From positions 576,001 through 640,000 of the forward strand of contig CAXXVD010000001.1 in the NCBI GenBank assembly GCA_963662335.2: 64,000 nt of DNA, read 5' to 3'. The notes under the pieces are model-generated. The model searched no databases. It saw only the letters and a list, made by a program, of their open reading frames with translations, and was not told where the DNA came from. A program made the position numbers and the translations under genes. This stretch comes from Chloroflexota bacterium (GTDB taxonomy: Bacteria; Chloroflexota; UBA11872; VXOZ01). Positions 9,338 through 19,308 of the stretch are shown here, in pieces (the stretch's first letter is position 1; each line of letters begins with the position of its first letter).

Positions 9338-12300
9338 ATGAGCGCCAGTAGAAACGCAAGCACTGCGTCTCCCATGCCGGCAGGCGCGCGCCCGCCCACC
9401 GCGCGGCGACGCCGGTTCCCCAGGAGCGAATCTCCCATCGTGGCGCGCATCCTCTTCTTCAGCGGCTATCTTCTCGTGCTCGGCGCGGCCACGCTGGCGT
9501 TGGTCGGCTATCGGTTCTGGTTCGAGACCGGCGTGGCGTACGGGCGCGAGTCGGTGTACCCCATTCGCCACGCCGACGTGTATCGCTACGGCATCAACAC
9601 GCGCTTCGACCAAGATCCGGATTGGGAACGGATCGAGCGCGGCATGGCGCTGCTGGAGGAGGCGGGCTTTCGCTACATCCGGCAGCTCATTCCCTGGGAA
9701 GACATCGAGCGTCCATCCAAGGGACGGTATTGGAACGAGTATGAGCAGGTAAGCTCCTGGCTGAAGTACGACCGGCTGGTTGCGCTGGCAAAGCAATACA
9801 ATCTGACGCTCATCGTGCGCCCGGAGCGGCCGCCGGCGTGGGCGTACGCCGACGGCGCGCGGCCGGAGGATGGGCGTCACCAGGGACCGCCGGCGCGGCT
9901 CGAGGACTACGGCGACTTCGTCTATGCGTTCGCCCAGCGGTATCGCGGGGACGTGCACATCTTCCAAATCTGGAACGAACCCAATCTCCATGGCGAATGG
10001 TGGCCGCACAACCCCGATCCGGCGGCCTACGTGGCACTGCTGAAGGTTGCCTCCCAGCGGATCCGACAGGCGAATCCGGAGGCGATCATCGTTGCCGCCG
10101 TGCTGGCGCCAACGACGGAGACCGGCCCGCGGAACGTTAGTGAGTTGCTCTTCCTCGAGGGCATCTACGCCCACGGCGGCGCGCCGTACTTCGACGTGGC
10201 CAGCACCGCGTCCTACGGTTTGTGGTACGCGCCTGGCGACCGCTATATTGCGCGGCACCGCACGAACTTGGCGCGGGCGGCGCTGGTGCGGGAGGTGATG
10301 GTACGCAACGGCGACGCGGCGAAACCGGTGTGGGCCGGCGAGTACGGCTGGGTCGCGCTGCCGCCGGATTGGCAAGGCAACCCGTCGCTGTGGGGCAACG
10401 TGTCGGAGGAAACCCAGGCGCAGTATACGCTCGCGGGGATGGAGCGCGCCCAACGCGAGTGGCCGTGGCTGCCGGTGATCAACCTCTGGCACTTCTACTG
10501 GCCGGACGCGCATCCCGACGACCCTACCCAGCACTTCGCCGTGGTGGACGCGGATTTCGCGCCGCGCCCGGTGCTCACCGCCCTGCGCACAGCCATGCGC
10601 GCGCCGCCCGCGCTGGGTCCCGGCTACCACCAGGAGTCGCATCCGGCCCTGGCGTGGGAAGGGGCGTGGCTGGACATTGGCGACGCGCGCTACGTGCTGG
10701 GGCAGGCGCGGGGCAGCCCGCTGGGGGGCGCAAAACTCCGCTTCCGGTTTCGGGGCACGGCGGTCTCGCTGGTGGTGCGCCGGGGGCCGGATACCGGCAT
10801 TGCGCTGGTGCGCATAAACGGCTCGCAGTCGCTGGCCCACCGCTTGGCGAAGGACGCCGGCGGCCAAGCGACGCTGGACCTCTACGCGCCTGACGACCGC
10901 TGGCAGGAAGAGGTACTGCTGGCGGACCGGCTGCCGGACCGGGAACACGTGGTCGAGATCGAGATCACGGGCCGGCGCAATCCCCAGTCGAGCGCTTCCG
11001 GCGTAGACATCGACGCCGTGGTCGTCGTGCGCGAGCGCCCCTTGTGGCCCTACGTGGTCGTGGGCGGCCTCTACGCGGGATTCCTTGCCGCCGTGGGCTG
11101 GGTGATCGCCGGTTGGCTGCGGCGGCGCGCGTGGCCGCGCCGGCTGCTCCACACGGCGGTCGGCTGGACCGCGAGCGGAATCTGGCGGCACGAAGCGGCG
11201 CGGTGCGCGTTGCTCCTGCCGCTGGCGGCGCTGCTCTGGCTCGCGCCGGGCGCGGCGGCGCAGTACCTGCTGCTGGCGCTGCTTGGTCTCGCCGCGCTGG
11301 TCTGGCCCCGTGCGTTGCTCTACGTCGTGGCGGCGTTGTTGCCGTTTGCCGTGCTCGTGCCTGCCGCCGGCGGCCTGGCGCTGCCGGTGAGCGAGATGCT
11401 GGCCGTATTGCTCACCGGTTCCCTGATTGCGCACGCGTACCTGCAAGGACGCTGGCCGGTGGCACGGCGCGTCTTCTTCTGGTGGGCGGTCGGTCTGCTC
11501 GCAATTGGCGCGGTCTCGCTGCTCTTTGCCCACTACGGCGTCTTTAGCCTGCGCGAATTGCGGCAGACGATTCTTGTGCCCGTATTGCTGTTCATAGTTG
11601 CCTGTTGGCTCCTGGAGAACCGGCAGCAGGCCTGGCGGTTGGTCCAGGCGTTTGTGGCGGGCGCGGTGGTTGCGGCCGGCGTGGCGCTGCTTGGGCCGCT
11701 GGTCGAATCCCTGGCAGGCGCCGGTTCAGGGCTGCGGTTTACGGTAGAAGCGGAAGGCGTGCGGCGGCTCACGGGCTTCTATCCCTCGCCCAACCACCTG
11801 GCGCTGATCGTGGAGCGCGCCCTGCCGTTCGTGGTGGCCGCGGGCGCGTGCAAGCTCTGGCCGCGGCGCGTGGCCTGGCCGCTGGCCGCCGTGCTCGCGC
11901 TGGCGCTGCTGGGCAGCTTCTCCCGCGCCGGTTGGCTGGCCGGCTTCGCGCTGCTGCTCTTCTTCATCTGGACGCTCTGGCCGGAGCGCCGCCAGCGGCT
12001 GCAATTCGTGGGCGGGGCGCTCGTGGCCGGCGCGCTGCTGCTGGCCGGCGGCGTCACCCTGGGCCCGGAGCGCGTGCGTTCCGCGCTCAGCGTGGAACCG
12101 GGAACCACCACGCACATGCGCCTGTTGCAAGGCCAGTCCTCGCTCCGGATGGCGGTGGACTACCCGCTCACCGGCGTCGGGCCGGACAACTACCTCTACG
12201 TCTACGCGGACTACCTGCACCCGGACGCCGGCAGCGAGCCGAACCTCTCGCACCCGCACAATCTGTTCCTGGACTTCTGGCTGCGGCTGGGGCTGGCGGG

Positions 12301-12580
12301 GCTGGTCTTCATCGCGGCGTTTCTCGCGCGCTTCTTCCTGCTGACGCACCGCCTGGCGCGGGGCAGCGGCGAACGGGCGGTCCGCGCTTTGGCGCTGGGC
12401 CTGGCCGGCAGCCAGCTTGCCGCGGTCACCCACGGCCTGCTGGACAACTACTACTTTCTGCCGGACTTGGCGAGTTGGTTCTGGTTGACGGCCGCGCTGT
12501 GCGCGCTGGTGTACGCGACACGCCCCGGACGCCCGCAATCCGCAGCGGCCGCCGGCGCGCCCGCGCTGGGAGCGCGTTGA
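9338..12580 (+). CDS. Membrane protein: clan GH-A glycoside hydrolase domain, beta-sandwich and O-antigen ligase (Wzy_C/WaaL-like) domain
   Basis: QIWNEPN (acid/base) and VWAGEYG (nucleophile) in the N-half; many TM helices with SPNHLA, SFSRAGW, PLTGVGPDNY, HPHNLFLDFW and HGLLD in the C-half. Confidence 0.8.
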   Translation: MSASRNASTASPMPAGARPPTARRRRFPRSESPIVARILFFSGYLLVLGAATLALVGYRFWFETGVAYGRESVYPIRHADVYRYGINTRFDQDPDWERIERGMALLEEAGFRYIRQLIPWEDIERPSKGRYWNEYEQVSSWLKYDRLVALAKQYNLTLIVRPERPPAWAYADGARPEDGRHQGPPARLEDYGDFVYAFAQRYRGDVHIFQIWNEPNLHGEWWPHNPDPAAYVALLKVASQRIRQANPEAIIVAAVLAPTTETGPRNVSELLFLEGIYAHGGAPYFDVASTASYGLWYAPGDRYIARHRTNLARAALVREVMVRNGDAAKPVWAGEYGWVALPPDWQGNPSLWGNVSEETQAQYTLAGMERAQREWPWLPVINLWHFYWPDAHPDDPTQHFAVVDADFAPRPVLTALRTAMRAPPALGPGYHQESHPALAWEGAWLDIGDARYVLGQARGSPLGGAKLRFRFRGTAVSLVVRRGPDTGIALVRINGSQSLAHRLAKDAGGQATLDLYAPDDRWQEEVLLADRLPDREHVVEIEITGRRNPQSSASGVDIDAVVVVRERPLWPYVVVGGLYAGFLAAVGWVIAGWLRRRAWPRRLLHTAVGWTASGIWRHEAARCALLLPLAALLWLAPGAAAQYLLLALLGLAALVWPRALLYVVAALLPFAVLVPAAGGLALPVSEMLAVLLTGSLIAHAYLQGRWPVARRVFFWWAVGLLAIGAVSLLFAHYGVFSLRELRQTILVPVLLFIVACWLLENRQQAWRLVQAFVAGAVVAAGVALLGPLVESLAGAGSGLRFTVEAEGVRRLTGFYPSPNHLALIVERALPFVVAAGACKLWPRRVAWPLAAVLALALLGSFSRAGWLAGFALLLFFIWTLWPERRQRLQFVGGALVAGALLLAGGVTLGPERVRSALSVEPGTTTHMRLLQGQSSLRMAVDYPLTGVGPDNYLYVYADYLHPDAGSEPNLSHPHNLFLDFWLRLGLAGLVFIAAFLARFFLLTHRLARGSGERAVRALALGLAGSQLAAVTHGLLDNYYFLPDLASWFWLTAALCALVYATRPGRPQSAAAAGAPALGAR

Positions 12581-12603
12581 GCAGCCATTGGCGCGGCCTC
12601 GAT

Positions 12604-12677
12604 GTCATTCCAAGCGCAGCGAGGAATCTACGCATGCCGCGCACGAGATTCTTCGTCGCTGCCCTCCTCAGAATGAC
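12604..12677. repeat. REP doublet, family GTCATTCCGAGCGCAGCGAGGAATCT
   Basis: Inverted pair. Other copies at 3769-3794, 32629-32696 and 54567-54668. Confidence 0.85.
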
Positions 12678-12800
12678 AGCTAGAGACTCCGCATGGGCGG
12701 AAGTACGCGCGGTATTGCATATCCGCGTGGTATGAGTCCAATCCCACTGATTCCGTCTTTGTCCCAATGCGGAGTCGTGTGGTATTGTAAAATCAGAGCC

Positions 12801-13205
12801 ATGAAGACGATTACGGTCGCGACCGCGCACGCCACTGAACTGGTAGACATCACCAGCGACCTTCACGACGCCGTGGCGGAATCCGGCATACAGGAAGGTG
12901 TCTGTAGCGTCTTCTGTTTGCATACTACGGCAAGTGTAATTGTCAACGAAAACGAACCTGGGCTCACGCAGGACTTCGAGTCCGTGGTGCGCGACTTGCT
13001 CCCGCAGGGGCGCTACCGGCACGACTGCGTGGATAATAACGCGCGGTCGCACCTCACCGCCGGCATCGTGGGGTGCAATATCATGATCCCCGTGCATCGC
13101 GGCCGCCTGGTGTTGGGCACGTGGCAGAGCGTCTTCTTCGTGGAACTCGACGGCCCGCGACCCCGGCGCTCGGTGGCGGTGCAGATCGTGCCCTGCGCCG
13201 GCTGA
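12801..13205 (+). CDS. yjbQ: YjbQ / UPF0047 secondary thiamine-phosphate synthase family
   Basis: ELVDIT, HTTASVIVNENE, HD..DNNARSH, LGTWQSVFFVELDGPRPR. Confidence 0.92.
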   Translation: MKTITVATAHATELVDITSDLHDAVAESGIQEGVCSVFCLHTTASVIVNENEPGLTQDFESVVRDLLPQGRYRHDCVDNNARSHLTAGIVGCNIMIPVHRGRLVLGTWQSVFFVELDGPRPRRSVAVQIVPCAG

Positions 13206-13225
13206 ACCTGCGCCACTCTCCCGCA

Positions 13226-13364
13226 CTCGCCCCTCTTCCGTTCGCCTCGCCCCTATTCCACTCGCCTTACCCTCTTCCGTTCGCCTTACCCATCTTCCGT
13301 TTGCCTCACCCCACTTCCGTTTGCCTTGCCCCTATTCCGCTCGCTTTGCCCCTCTTCCGTTCGC
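13226..13364 (+). repeat. Pyrimidine-rich ~20-bp tandem repeat x7, running into a REP
   Basis: Consensus CT(C/T)(G/A)CCCCTCTTCCGTTCGC repeated 7 times; the last unit continues as CCGTTCGCACTGAGCCTGTCGAAGGG. Confidence 0.85.
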
Positions 13365-13609
13365 ACTGAGCCTGTCGAAGGGCGTCGCCCGGCGCACGCC
13401 GGCGGCAGACCGTTCCGGCATCATCCCCTCACCCCGGGAATCCTTTCCAACAACCCCTTCCCCCTCAAGGGATAAAGTTGGGATAGGGGTCAAATGGCTT
13501 GACTTCATGGCACGTGTAGCTGGACTGGCGCCTCTGGATTCCGGCTCTTGCCGGAATGACAGAGTAACGCAAATATCTCCCTGGGAGAGGGAGTATTAGC
13601 GATGCCGCC

Positions 13610-15883
13610 TCATTGCAGGACATGGGCCACGTCGAACAGGATAAAGAACGCGGCCAAGCCGAGGATGCCGCCCCAATAGAGCCGCAGCCGCAGTTCGAAG
13701 TGCCGGCAGAGCCACGCCCAGCAGTAGAGGACCGCCCCTTGCATGGCCAATACCAGAACCAGCACGACCGCTAAGAAGAAGATATGGTTGTTGAACTCTC
13801 GCCATAGCGCCATAGACCAAAAGTCGAGCCCCAGGAGGAAGGCGGGGTCTTGCGGCCAGATCGCCACGCCCAGCAGCGTCCAGGGCGGATGGCCGAGCAA
13901 CGCGGCTGAGACGTCCGCTTGCGGCGCGAAGAGTTTGGCGGCGTCCGCCGCCAGCGCCCAGAGGTGCGCGAAGAGGGGCGAGAACGGCGCCGCAAAGAGG
14001 GAGAGCACGTTCTCCTTATCCATCGCGTCCAGCGTGGGCAGGGCGTAGTAGGCCTGTCCCACGCGCCCGGCCAGGAACGCGCCGTTTTCCGGTATCTGGG
14101 GCAGAATCTGCGCGCGCAGCAGGTCGAAGTACGCCGTGAAGTCCTTGGCCACCGCGATGATCTGCACGCCAATGCCGGCCGCGCCCAGCGCTAGCGCCGC
14201 GCGCAGTTCCCGGACACCGTTGTCGAAGAGCGCCTTCTCCAGGATTGGCGCGGCCATGATGAGGCAGAGGGGGACGGCCGGAACCAGAAACCGCGGCCCC
14301 CAGCCGCTGCCGCCGTACCAGTCGCTCGCGCCGCTGTACACCAGGAGATAGAGCAGCGGGATGCCGATGAAGGGCAGCGTCCACCACTTGTGCCGTCCCA
14401 CGAAGAGCAGGCTGCCAAAGAGCGCCAGGATGAGGGGCGGCGCGTAGAGCAAGACGCTCTTCCCCGGACTGAGGAGCGTGCCGAACAGGCCGATCCAGAG
14501 CGGGAGATCGAGCCAGGCGGTCGCGCGCTCGGCCAGGTCACCGGCCGCCGGCGGCTGCGCGTCGAATCCCAGCGCGAGCACGGCCAGCGCCGCCGCGCCA
14601 AGCACGGCAACGGGGGCCAAGAACGCCGCGGTGCTCGTCACGGCCCAGGCCAGACGGCGCAAGACGTGCTGGGCGCTCTGCAGTGAGACGAGCGCCGGCA
14701 CGAACGCCAGCACAACGAGATTCAGCGCCGTCGTAAACTCGATCGCAATGCCGCCAAAGAGCGCGCAGCCGGCAACCGGCAGCCAGGCGACCTGCCGTTC
14801 CTGGAGGCCGCGCAAGAGGAAGTAGACCGTTCCCAGCAGCGCGAGCGCGATGCCCGGCTCCGCAAAGTCGTAGGTGGCGTACGGCCAGGCGAGGGTGGCC
14901 AGGCCGTAGAGCATCGTCACGGCGAGGGCAACCTGGCTGTGGTACCCCAGGCGGCGGGTGATGAGGAATACCAGCACCGCGTTCAGGGCGGAGACCCAGG
15001 CCGCCGTGAAGAGCGCGAACAGACGGATGAAGAAGTCGCTGTTCGCCTGCTCGGACCAGACGTTCCCGCTCGCGCCGATGAGGAGCGGCGCGGAGGCCCC
15101 GGCGTCGATGAGGTTCAGGGACGTGATGTGCAAGCTGCCTTCGTCGGCCAGGTACTGTATCGTGGCGCTCTTTACGGTCAACGTCTGCGGAAAGTCGAGT
15201 TGCGAGACGTAGACGTGGGACCGGGGGAGGCCGATGCGGCCGGCCGCGGCGTTGGCGCGCTCGTGCGCCACGGCGCCGCCCATCTCCGGCCGGTCGTACG
15301 CCCAGTCCGCGGTATCGCGTCCGGCCAGCATCTGGCCGTAGAATCTGCCGGTGGGAACGGTATCCAACGTGATGGTGGCGATGCGCATGCCGTCCTCGAG
15401 CGCGCGCGCATCCGCCAGATAGGAAAATATCACCAGACCCGAGGCGCGCACCTCATCAAGCGGAATGTAGACCGAATCGCGGGCGCCGGGCGCGCCGCGC
15501 GGCGCGAGCGCGGGATACGCCGCGACGCGGTAGTCGCGCCCCTCGTGCCGGAACGTGTCCTTTTGCGGCAACAGCGGCTCGACGACGGTCCCGAGGAGCA
15601 AAGCGGGCTGCATGAGCAGCGGCAGGCCGATCTCCCACCCCTCCAGGTCGCGGTACCGTTCGCCCGCAAACGTCTGCCGCGGGTCGAGAAGGAGGCTGCG
15701 GCCCACGTCGTAGGCGTCGCGTCCTTGCGGACTGTACGCATGGCCGCCGGCCGTCAGGGCGTACAGGAGCAGAAAGAAGAGGAAGAGGACGCCGAGCAAG
15801 CGGCGCGTGTGCCCCGGCGCGTCTTCCAGAGAAGGGTGTACGCTCGTGAGCGGCGCCGCGCGGGTGGAGTGGAAGCGCTTCAT
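13610..15883 (-). CDS. Polytopic membrane protein, probable GT-C (lipid-carrier-dependent) glycosyltransferase with an extracytoplasmic insert
   Basis: Many TM helices; LATLAWPYATYDFAEP, LLSPGKSVLLYAP and WYGGSGWGPRFLVP motifs resemble PMT/ArnT-like proteins. Confidence 0.6.
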   Translation of the reverse strand: MKRFHSTRAAPLTSVHPSLEDAPGHTRRLLGVLFLFFLLLYALTAGGHAYSPQGRDAYDVGRSLLLDPRQTFAGERYRDLEGWEIGLPLLMQPALLLGTVVEPLLPQKDTFRHEGRDYRVAAYPALAPRGAPGARDSVYIPLDEVRASGLVIFSYLADARALEDGMRIATITLDTVPTGRFYGQMLAGRDTADWAYDRPEMGGAVAHERANAAAGRIGLPRSHVYVSQLDFPQTLTVKSATIQYLADEGSLHITSLNLIDAGASAPLLIGASGNVWSEQANSDFFIRLFALFTAAWVSALNAVLVFLITRRLGYHSQVALAVTMLYGLATLAWPYATYDFAEPGIALALLGTVYFLLRGLQERQVAWLPVAGCALFGGIAIEFTTALNLVVLAFVPALVSLQSAQHVLRRLAWAVTSTAAFLAPVAVLGAAALAVLALGFDAQPPAAGDLAERATAWLDLPLWIGLFGTLLSPGKSVLLYAPPLILALFGSLLFVGRHKWWTLPFIGIPLLYLLVYSGASDWYGGSGWGPRFLVPAVPLCLIMAAPILEKALFDNGVRELRAALALGAAGIGVQIIAVAKDFTAYFDLLRAQILPQIPENGAFLAGRVGQAYYALPTLDAMDKENVLSLFAAPFSPLFAHLWALAADAAKLFAPQADVSAALLGHPPWTLLGVAIWPQDPAFLLGLDFWSMALWREFNNHIFFLAVVLVLVLAMQGAVLYCWAWLCRHFELRLRLYWGGILGLAAFFILFDVAHVLQ

Positions 15884-15958
15884 AGTAGCGATAGTAGCAG
15901 GGCGCGGCGCGCGCTAGCAACCGCCGCGCGCTCACGCGCGGTGGGGCGAGAATCCCCT

Positions 15959-17251
15959 CTACGCCGGTGCGGGATGAGTGGGAGCGGTGGCTGCCGCCAG
16001 GCGGTCGAAGAAGTCGGGGAAGGTCTTGGCGACGCACCCCGGATTGCCGATGGCCACGCCGGGCAGCCGCAGGCCGATGAGCGCGAAACTCATGGCGATG
16101 CGGTGGTCGTCGTGGGGGTCGATGGTAGCGCCGCGCTTCACGCCCGGCTCGATGCGCAGGCTGTCGTCGCGCTCCGTGACGGCGACGCCCAACTTGCGCA
16201 GTTCTTTCGCGGTGGCGCTAACCCGGTCGGTCTCCTGCAAGCGGGTATGGGCGATGCCGCGAATCACCGTGGGCCCGTCGGCAAAGGGCGCGAGGGCGGC
16301 CAGGGTCATGAACGTATCGGAGAGCGCGCCCATGTCCACGTCCACGCCCCGCAGTTGGCCGGGGCCGGTCACGCGCACGTAGTCGCCGCCCTTCTCCACC
16401 GCGCAGCCCATGGCCGCCAGCACGTCCACGAACGCCAGATCCCCCTGGGCGGACCCGGCGCCGAGATTCTCCACGCGCACCGTGCCGCCGGTGAGGGCCG
16501 CGGCCCCAAAGAAGTAGGAAGCGGCGGAGGCGTCCGGCTCCACGTCGTAGACGCGGGCGCGGTAGCGTTGTCCCGGCGCGACGCGGAAGCGGCGGTCGCC
16601 CTCAGACGTGGCCGTCACACCGAAATCGGCCATGCTCTTCATCGTCATCGCAATATATTGGCCGTGGATCAGCCGACCTGCCACCGTGAGGTCAAGCCCG
16701 GCGCGCATGTACGGCGCGGCCATGAGCAGGGCGCTGAAGTACTGGCTGCTCTGGTCGCCGGCCATTTGCGCAGCGCCGCCGGGCAGTCCGTTGGCCGCGA
16801 TCTCGATGGGCGGACAGCCGTTTTCAAACCGCGCCCGCGCGTTGCCGCCCAGTTGGCGCAGGCTGGCGAGCAGCGGTTCCATGGGGCGCTCCCGCATCCT
16901 GGCGGTACCGTCCACCCGGTAGCGGCCGGCGCCAAGCGCGGCCAGCGCCGTGAGAAAGCGGGCGCAGGTGCCGGAATTGCCAACGGAGAGGTCGGCGCGC
17001 GCGGCGGGAATCGCGCCGCCTTGACCCTCTACCGTGAACGTGTTGGCGGCCTCATCGGTTGCCACCGGAATGCCGAGCGTCCGCAGCGCCGCGCACATGT
17101 AGACCGTATCGTCGCTGAAGAGCGCCTGGCGCAGGGTGGAAACGCCATCGGCGAGGGCGGCGAGGATGAGCGCCCGGTTGGTGTAGCTCTTGGAGCCGGG
17201 CAGCGTCACGGTGGCGTTGACGGGGTGGTCGATGGGCGCGATGCGTTTCAT
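15959..17251 (-). CDS. aroA: 3-phosphoshikimate 1-carboxyvinyltransferase (EPSP synthase)
   Basis: LPGSKSYTNRAL, GNSGTCARF, RMRERP, SSQYFSALL, EPDASAASYF, RLQETDR, DDHRIAMSF. Start ATG 17251 overlaps the upstream stop (ATGA). Confidence 0.97.
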   Translation of the reverse strand: MKRIAPIDHPVNATVTLPGSKSYTNRALILAALADGVSTLRQALFSDDTVYMCAALRTLGIPVATDEAANTFTVEGQGGAIPAARADLSVGNSGTCARFLTALAALGAGRYRVDGTARMRERPMEPLLASLRQLGGNARARFENGCPPIEIAANGLPGGAAQMAGDQSSQYFSALLMAAPYMRAGLDLTVAGRLIHGQYIAMTMKSMADFGVTATSEGDRRFRVAPGQRYRARVYDVEPDASAASYFFGAAALTGGTVRVENLGAGSAQGDLAFVDVLAAMGCAVEKGGDYVRVTGPGQLRGVDVDMGALSDTFMTLAALAPFADGPTVIRGIAHTRLQETDRVSATAKELRKLGVAVTERDDSLRIEPGVKRGATIDPHDDHRIAMSFALIGLRLPGVAIGNPGCVAKTFPDFFDRLAAATAPTHPAPA

Positions 17252-17796
17252 GGCGGGGCGGCCTCTCCCAGTCCCAGACCCTGGATGACGCGGTTGAGAT
17301 AGTTGAAGAGCGCCGTTTGCGCGGCGATTTCCACGACGGCGGCGTCGCTGAAGCCCAGGCGGCGCAGCCGCGCCACGTCCGCGCGCGTGACGGACGCGGG
17401 CGCGGTGGTGAGTTGCGCCGCGTACTCCAGCATGGCGCGGTCCGCCGCCGCCAGCGGCGCGGCCCGAAAGTCCCGCAGCACCTGCGCCACCAGCGCCTCG
17501 TCCCGGGTGCGGTGCAGCAGCAGGCGCGCGTGCAGTTCCTGGCAGAGCGCGCAGCCGTTGATGGCGGAGACGACCGTGGCGATCAGTTCGCGCTGCGCGC
17601 GCGTCAGTTCGCCGGGGCCGTAGGCAATTGCCCGGTGCAGTTGGGCCAGCGGCACGATCGCCCCCGGCGCCAGGCTGTGCAGGCGCAGGAAGTCCGGCGC
17701 CCGGCTGCGCGGCCGTTCGCCGAGAAGCTGTTGGTACGCGGCGCGCAGCGCGCCTTCCGCTTCCTCCTCGCCAATTATCCGCACCCAAGCGTTCAC
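17248..17796 (-). CDS. AhpD/carboxymuconolactone decarboxylase-family peroxidase-related protein
   Basis: LTRAQRELIATVVSAINGCALCQELH (CxxC..H) and ALFNYLNR. Confidence 0.88.
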   Translation of the reverse strand: MNAWVRIIGEEEAEGALRAAYQQLLGERPRSRAPDFLRLHSLAPGAIVPLAQLHRAIAYGPGELTRAQRELIATVVSAINGCALCQELHARLLLHRTRDEALVAQVLRDFRAAPLAAADRAMLEYAAQLTTAPASVTRADVARLRRLGFSDAAVVEIAAQTALFNYLNRVIQGLGLGEAAPP

Positions 17797-17974
17797 GTAT
17801 TCCTGCTCTCCGGAGACTGTCTCCCATTGCCGCCACCCCGGCGGATGGCGGAGTCCGGTGCCACCTTTACAACGGTCGCTGCGTTACTTTCACCGCCATG
17901 CACCCCCATCCCGGCCTTCCCCTTGAGGGGGAAGGGGCCATGCAGAATTCTCCCCGGCAACGGCTGAGTCGCGC

Positions 17975-19024
17975 TCAAGTGGCGGCGGCTTCCATCTCGG
18001 CCGTGGCGGCCGGCACTTCCCGCCCCACGGCGGCGGCCACTTTGCGCACGGCGTCCATGATGTCGAAGAAGCGCGCGGGCGTCACGCTCTGCGCGCCGTC
18101 CGAGAGGGCTTGCTCCGGATTCGGGTGCACCTCGATCATCAGGCCGTCGGCCCCGGCGGCCACTGCGGCCAGCGCCATCGGCTTCACCAACTCCCACGTG
18201 CCGGTCGCGTGGCTGGGATCGATGATCACCGGCAGGTGCGATTGTTCTTTCACCACGGGAATCGCGCTCAGGTCCAGCGTGTTGCGGGTAGCGGTCTCGA
18301 ACGTGCGGATGCCCCGCTCGCACAGGATGACGCGCATGTTGCCCGCGGCCATGATGTACTCGGCGGACATGAGCCAGTCTTCGATAGTCGCCGACATGCC
18401 CCGCTTGAGCATCACCGGCTTGTCCGTGGCGCCCACCTCCCGCAGGAGCGTGAAGTTCTGCATGTTGCGGGCGCCAATCTGCAAGACGTCCACGTATTCG
18501 GCAACCAGCGCGACCCGGCGGGGGTCCATGACCTCGGTGACCAGCGGCAGACCCGTGGCGTCGGAGGCGATGCGCAGCAGTTCCAGCCCCTGGACGCCCA
18601 TGCCCTGGAAGCTGTAGGGCGAGGTGCGCGGCTTGTACGCGCCGCCGCGCAGCGCGTGCCCGCCGGCCTGCTTCACGGCCTCTGCGGTAGCGACGATTTG
18701 CTCCTCGCTCTCCACGCTGCACGGCCCGCCAATTACGCCGATCTCATTGCCGCCGAGCGTCGCGTTGCCGATCTGGATGAGGGTATCGCCGCCGCCCTCG
18801 GCGCGGGCCGCGAACTTGTAGGGCTTGTCCACGGGTACCACCATTTCAACTCCCGACATGCCTTGCACCTGTTCCAATATGCCGGGCGGCCGCGTGCCGA
18901 TGAGCCCGATCACGGTCTTGTTGACGCCTTGGCTCGCCGTTGACTGCACGCCGCTGTCCTCAATCCGTTGCCGGACAGCGGCTATCTGTTCCGGCGTGGC
19001 GTCGGTGCGCATTATGACTATCAC
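17975..19024 (-). CDS. aroF: 3-deoxy-7-phosphoheptulonate (DAHP) synthase, type I-beta with N-terminal ACT-like regulatory domain
   Basis: [58 protein letters not shown] start at 19024 follows an AGAGGAG RBS. Confidence 0.96.
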   Translation of the reverse strand: MIVIMRTDATPEQIAAVRQRIEDSGVQSTASQGVNKTVIGLIGTRPPGILEQVQGMSGVEMVVPVDKPYKFAARAEGGGDTLIQIGNATLGGNEIGVIGGPCSVESEEQIVATAEAVKQAGGHALRGGAYKPRTSPYSFQGMGVQGLELLRIASDATGLPLVTEVMDPRRVALVAEYVDVLQIGARNMQNFTLLREVGATDKPVMLKRGMSATIEDWLMSAEYIMAAGNMRVILCERGIRTFETATRNTLDLSAIPVVKEQSHLPVIIDPSHATGTWELVKPMALAAVAAGADGLMIEVHPNPEQALSDGAQSVTPARFFDIMDAVRKVAAAVGREVPAATAEMEAAAT

Positions 19025-19156
19025 GTTCTTTCTCCTCTTTTCCCAAGCTACGGTTGCGCCGTGGCGCTTCGTGGCTGCTGCTGTTGGCTGTACGCTGAAC
19101 TCGGTCTGCTGAATCTTCCGGCCTGCGGTCGTGCGGTACGCTTGCCTCCTCTTCAC

Positions 19157-19192
19157 AAAAGAAAAAGCAGAAAGCGTTTGTCACTTTCTGCT
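19157..19192 (-). terminator. Intrinsic terminator of the aroF attenuator
   Basis: Minus strand AGCAGAAAG-TGACAAACG-CTTTCTGCT followed by TTTTCTTTT, within the aroF leader. Confidence 0.85.
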
Positions 19193-19248
19193 ATCGCCGG
19201 AGGGTGTTGTCTGCGCTCGCGTCGTTCGTCGGGACACGACGCATCTGC

Positions 19249-19308
19249 CTAAGCCGGACCCTCCGGCTCAATAAACAGATAATAGTACGCGAAAGCGCTG
19301 TGTAACAC
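19249..19308 (-). promoter_or_regulatory. Phe/Tyr-rich attenuation leader peptide (MLHSAFAYYYLFIEPEGPA)
   Basis: GTG TTA CAC AGC GCT TTC GCG TAC TAT TAT CTG TTT ... GCT TAG. Its 3' part GCCGGAGGGT is complementary to ACCCTCCGGC next to the terminator arm. Confidence 0.8.

Noticed and set aside
15959-17836. Long N-terminal extensions or fusions of aroA, dxr (58911), thioesterase (8822) and pstS (20618) in the ORF track
   Set aside because: The extensions overlap other genes or are low-complexity, and family motifs begin at the downstream starts used.
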